The translations under genes and the position numbers were made by a program. Source: Raphidiopsis brookii D9 (GTDB lineage Bacteria > Cyanobacteriota > Cyanobacteriia > Cyanobacteriales > Nostocaceae). From it: a DNA stretch of 32,000 nt. Within the stretch, counting starts at the first letter, position 1. Each line of letters begins with the position of its first letter. Below are positions 29,891 to 32,000 of the stretch, in pieces. The notes beneath the pieces were generated by a model, which saw only the letters and a list, made by a program, of their open reading frames with translations, had not been told where the DNA came from and did not search any database. Where the stretch lies: NCBI GenBank assembly GCA_000175855.1, contig ACYB01000022.1, forward strand, positions 1-32,000. Reading direction: 5' to 3'.

Positions 29891-32000
29891 CCCCATTAAT
29901 TTTTGTAATTCTCGCTTTAAATCTTCTGTACTTAAATCATAAATCCTGTTTTTGTCTGCATCTATGACCCCAGATTCGCTGCAAATCCAATAAACCAGAC
30001 GGAGAAATGAATCTCTATCCCAAAATAAATTATATGGAGAATAGCGATTTTCAAACTGTGCTAAATTTTGAGTAATTGTATGCTTAAGAAAGTCTCGGCG
30101 CAAGAATATAATGACCCCTATATTTGCTTTTCTAATTTCTGAAATCTTTGTGGGTACATCATCAATTAAAGCCTTTAAAGCTATCCTTTGTTGAGTATGG
30201 GTATAAATCTCTGGAAAAATATTTTCCAAACCATCAAAAAGAAATACAATATTTAATTTTCTTTCTTTTAATTCCCGGTCTATTGCCATGAGAGTACTAT
30301 GACCAATATCCAAATTAATATCGATTGACTTGGCAATAATCTTACTAATCCAAAATTCTGTCCATTTTAATTCATTCCAGTTTTCTTCTAGGGACTTTTT
30401 TAGGGAACTTTTAATTTCATCAGTGTAGTTTGAGTGGCTAAATTCCAACGTACTTTTCAAAGCTGATCGAACTTCGTTCCTGGCTTTGTCAATAATATTT
30501 TGAGCATCCCGTTCAACATACTGACTTTGAAGCAAAGGAAATATATAGGTTCTGTTTTTCGGTTCTTCATGATTTTGACTACCATCTACACGACGTAAAA
30601 AACTTTCCCAATTCCTAAGACGTGATAGATGTATATAATTAAAAGTCTTTCCCGATCCTTTAGCACCAATACATAAAACATTGGGTAATTTATCCGAGAA
30701 GTCACTTGCTAAATTTCGTAAGGGTTCTATAATCAGTAAATTTTCTCCTTTGCCAGTTTCTGCATATCGATATTTTTCACACAAGTCTCTGATTTTTTTC
30801 AAATCATCTAACTTCTTATTGAACAAATCTTCAGATAAAACCTCTTGATTATTAGCATTATCAGCAGTGATCAACTTTGTTTCTGCCCATTTTCTGGCAT
30901 TCTTCATTAATGTAGTTGCTGATAATCTTGATCGAGCTTCTTCCCAACTATTAACATAGAGTAGTTCTTCTGCAAAGAAAGCCTCAATAATTTCCAACCT
31001 TTTGCTATAAACATCTTCTGTATCTTCCGGTTGAATATAATTTTGGTAAAATTCATCCACGGCATTTTTATAACGGGGTGAATCTATGACTTCCTGCTTC
31101 AACATATTAATCAATAACCATGGATCATAATATTTTTCATGTTGTATATCCGATTGTGATGGTGCTACTTTACCGATTTGTTGTAAAACTAGATTAGTAC
31201 CACGAATAGACTGTTCACTAATGCTGGTAACAATAAACCTTTCAACTCTAGGATCAAAGATTATTGGGCTAGATATCTCACTTAGTCCAGCTCTTAAATC
31301 AATAAATACATAATTTATGTCAAGCTCTTGACCTAAAAGATTGATAGCATTACTGTACCCCCAAGCTCCATGAGCACCCCTAACTAAATGTTCTGGTAAG
31401 ATTGGTTTATCTAACAACTGTTGGTCATTTAAACAAGCAGGCAAAAAGTACACTTTTGATCGGTCTTCATTTATATGACTAGTTAAATTTTTTTTCAATT
31501 CTTTAGCAAATAATGATAGTGTCTGTTCTACGGGTAGGCGAGAATAATGATAAACTTCTAAAAAGTCCAGGAAACAAACTGCTGGATTCTTGACACCATT
31601 CCAATAGGTCAAACCTGGTGCTTCTAAATCAGCATCAATAACCAAGATATTTATTGGTTGATTTAATTGCTTAGATCTCTCCAGTAATGCCAAAAGATAG
31701 GCTACCAGATTTAAGGTTCTACCTACACCACCTTTAAAAGAATAGAAAGCTAATAATTCAGTTTTATTAATTTTTGTTTGAGTATATGGGTCTGGTAGAT
31801 TAATTGCACTCTTTTGAGAAGTCTCTATTTCTGGTAAGTAGGCAATTTCTTCCCAAAAGGGACGGGGCTCAATAGGATTAATCTCTATTTCCTCCGGTCC
31901 AGTAAATTCTACCGGTAACTTATCATCTCCCATATCAAGTTGAATTACCGATTCTTCTTCTAAATACCAATCACCAAACCACTGTTTGACAATACTTTTA
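29873..32000 (-). CDS. Large dual P-loop protein: ParA/MinD-like (KGGVGRT) domain plus AAA/STAND-like ATPase domain; 5' end outside window
   Basis: AFYSFKGGVGRTLNLVAYLL (31715-31735), INILVIDADLEAPG, VFIDLRAGLSE; second P-loop LCIGAKGSGKTFNYIHL (30644-30667) and Walker B-like NIVFLFDGLENIF (about 30230-30247). The ORF track starts at 31933, but the frame stays open to 32000 (...KSIVKQWFGDWYLEEESVIQLD-MGDD). Confidence 0.8.
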   Translation of the reverse strand, partial: KSIVKQWFGDWYLEEESVIQLDMGDDKLPVEFTGPEEIEINPIEPRPFWEEIAYLPEIETSQKSAINLPDPYTQTKINKTELLAFYSFKGGVGRTLNLVAYLLALLERSKQLNQPINILVIDADLEAPGLTYWNGVKNPAVCFLDFLEVYHYSRLPVEQTLSLFAKELKKNLTSHINEDRSKVYFLPACLNDQQLLDKPILPEHLVRGAHGAWGYSNAINLLGQELDINYVFIDLRAGLSEISSPIIFDPRVERFIVTSISEQSIRGTNLVLQQIGKVAPSQSDIQHEKYYDPWLLINMLKQEVIDSPRYKNAVDEFYQNYIQPEDTEDVYSKRLEIIEAFFAEELLYVNSWEEARSRLSATTLMKNARKWAETKLITADNANNQEVLSEDLFNKKLDDLKKIRDLCEKYRYAETGKGENLLIIEPLRNLASDFSDKLPNVLCIGAKGSGKTFNYIHLSRLRNWESFLRRVDGSQNHEEPKNRTYIFPLLQSQYVERDAQNIIDKARNEVRSALKSTLEFSHSNYTDEIKSSLKKSLEENWNELKWTEFWISKIIAKSIDINLDIGHSTLMAIDRELKERKLNIVFLFDGLENIFPEIYTHTQQRIALKALIDDVPTKISEIRKANIGVIIFLRRDFLKHTITQNLAQFENRYSPYNLFWDRDSFLRLVYWICSESGVIDADKNRIYDLSTEDLKRELQKLMGTEARF

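Noticed and set aside
29404-32000. Horizontal island boundary at 29404 based on absence of HIP1
   Set aside because: HIP1-free gaps of about 4 kb also occur in core genes (e.g. 20.9-25.0 kb, alaS region), so absence over 2.6 kb is not significant on its own.

Overview
The window looks like a chromosomal segment from a filamentous heterocystous-type (Nostocales-like) cyanobacterium. Evidence: the psbD/psbC overlap, about 19 HIP1 (GCGATCGC) octamers counted by eye, an HLIP gene, and many cyanobacterial housekeeping genes. Most of it is ordinary core genome: psbD-psbC, a cysteine desulfurase, a bcp/prxQ-type peroxiredoxin, a short photolyase-like FAD protein, TPR proteins, ruvB, hisF, dapB, a MacAB/DevBCA-like exporter operon, a response regulator, a gyrA/parC-like subunit, hli, DUF92, an ureohydrolase, alaS, an M41-like protease lacking an AAA domain, NIF3, YjbQ, a glycosyltransferase, a class V PLP enzyme and a TM0106-family RecB-like nuclease. 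The least ordinary locus is the right edge (29371-32000, minus strand). It encodes a large protein with an N-terminal KGGVGRT (ParA/MinD-like) P-loop and a second AAA/STAND-like P-loop (GAKGSGKT). It is split by a one-base shift at a G4 run and remains open at the window edge. This is the best candidate for an undescribed conflict or signalling system, but partner genes are outside the window and no function can be assigned here. Three apparent single-base frameshifts (prxQ, ruvB N-terminus, the big ATPase) all coincide with or lie near homopolymers, so sequencing error must be excluded. No tRNA, rRNA, CRISPR array, transposase or diversity-generating element was recognised.
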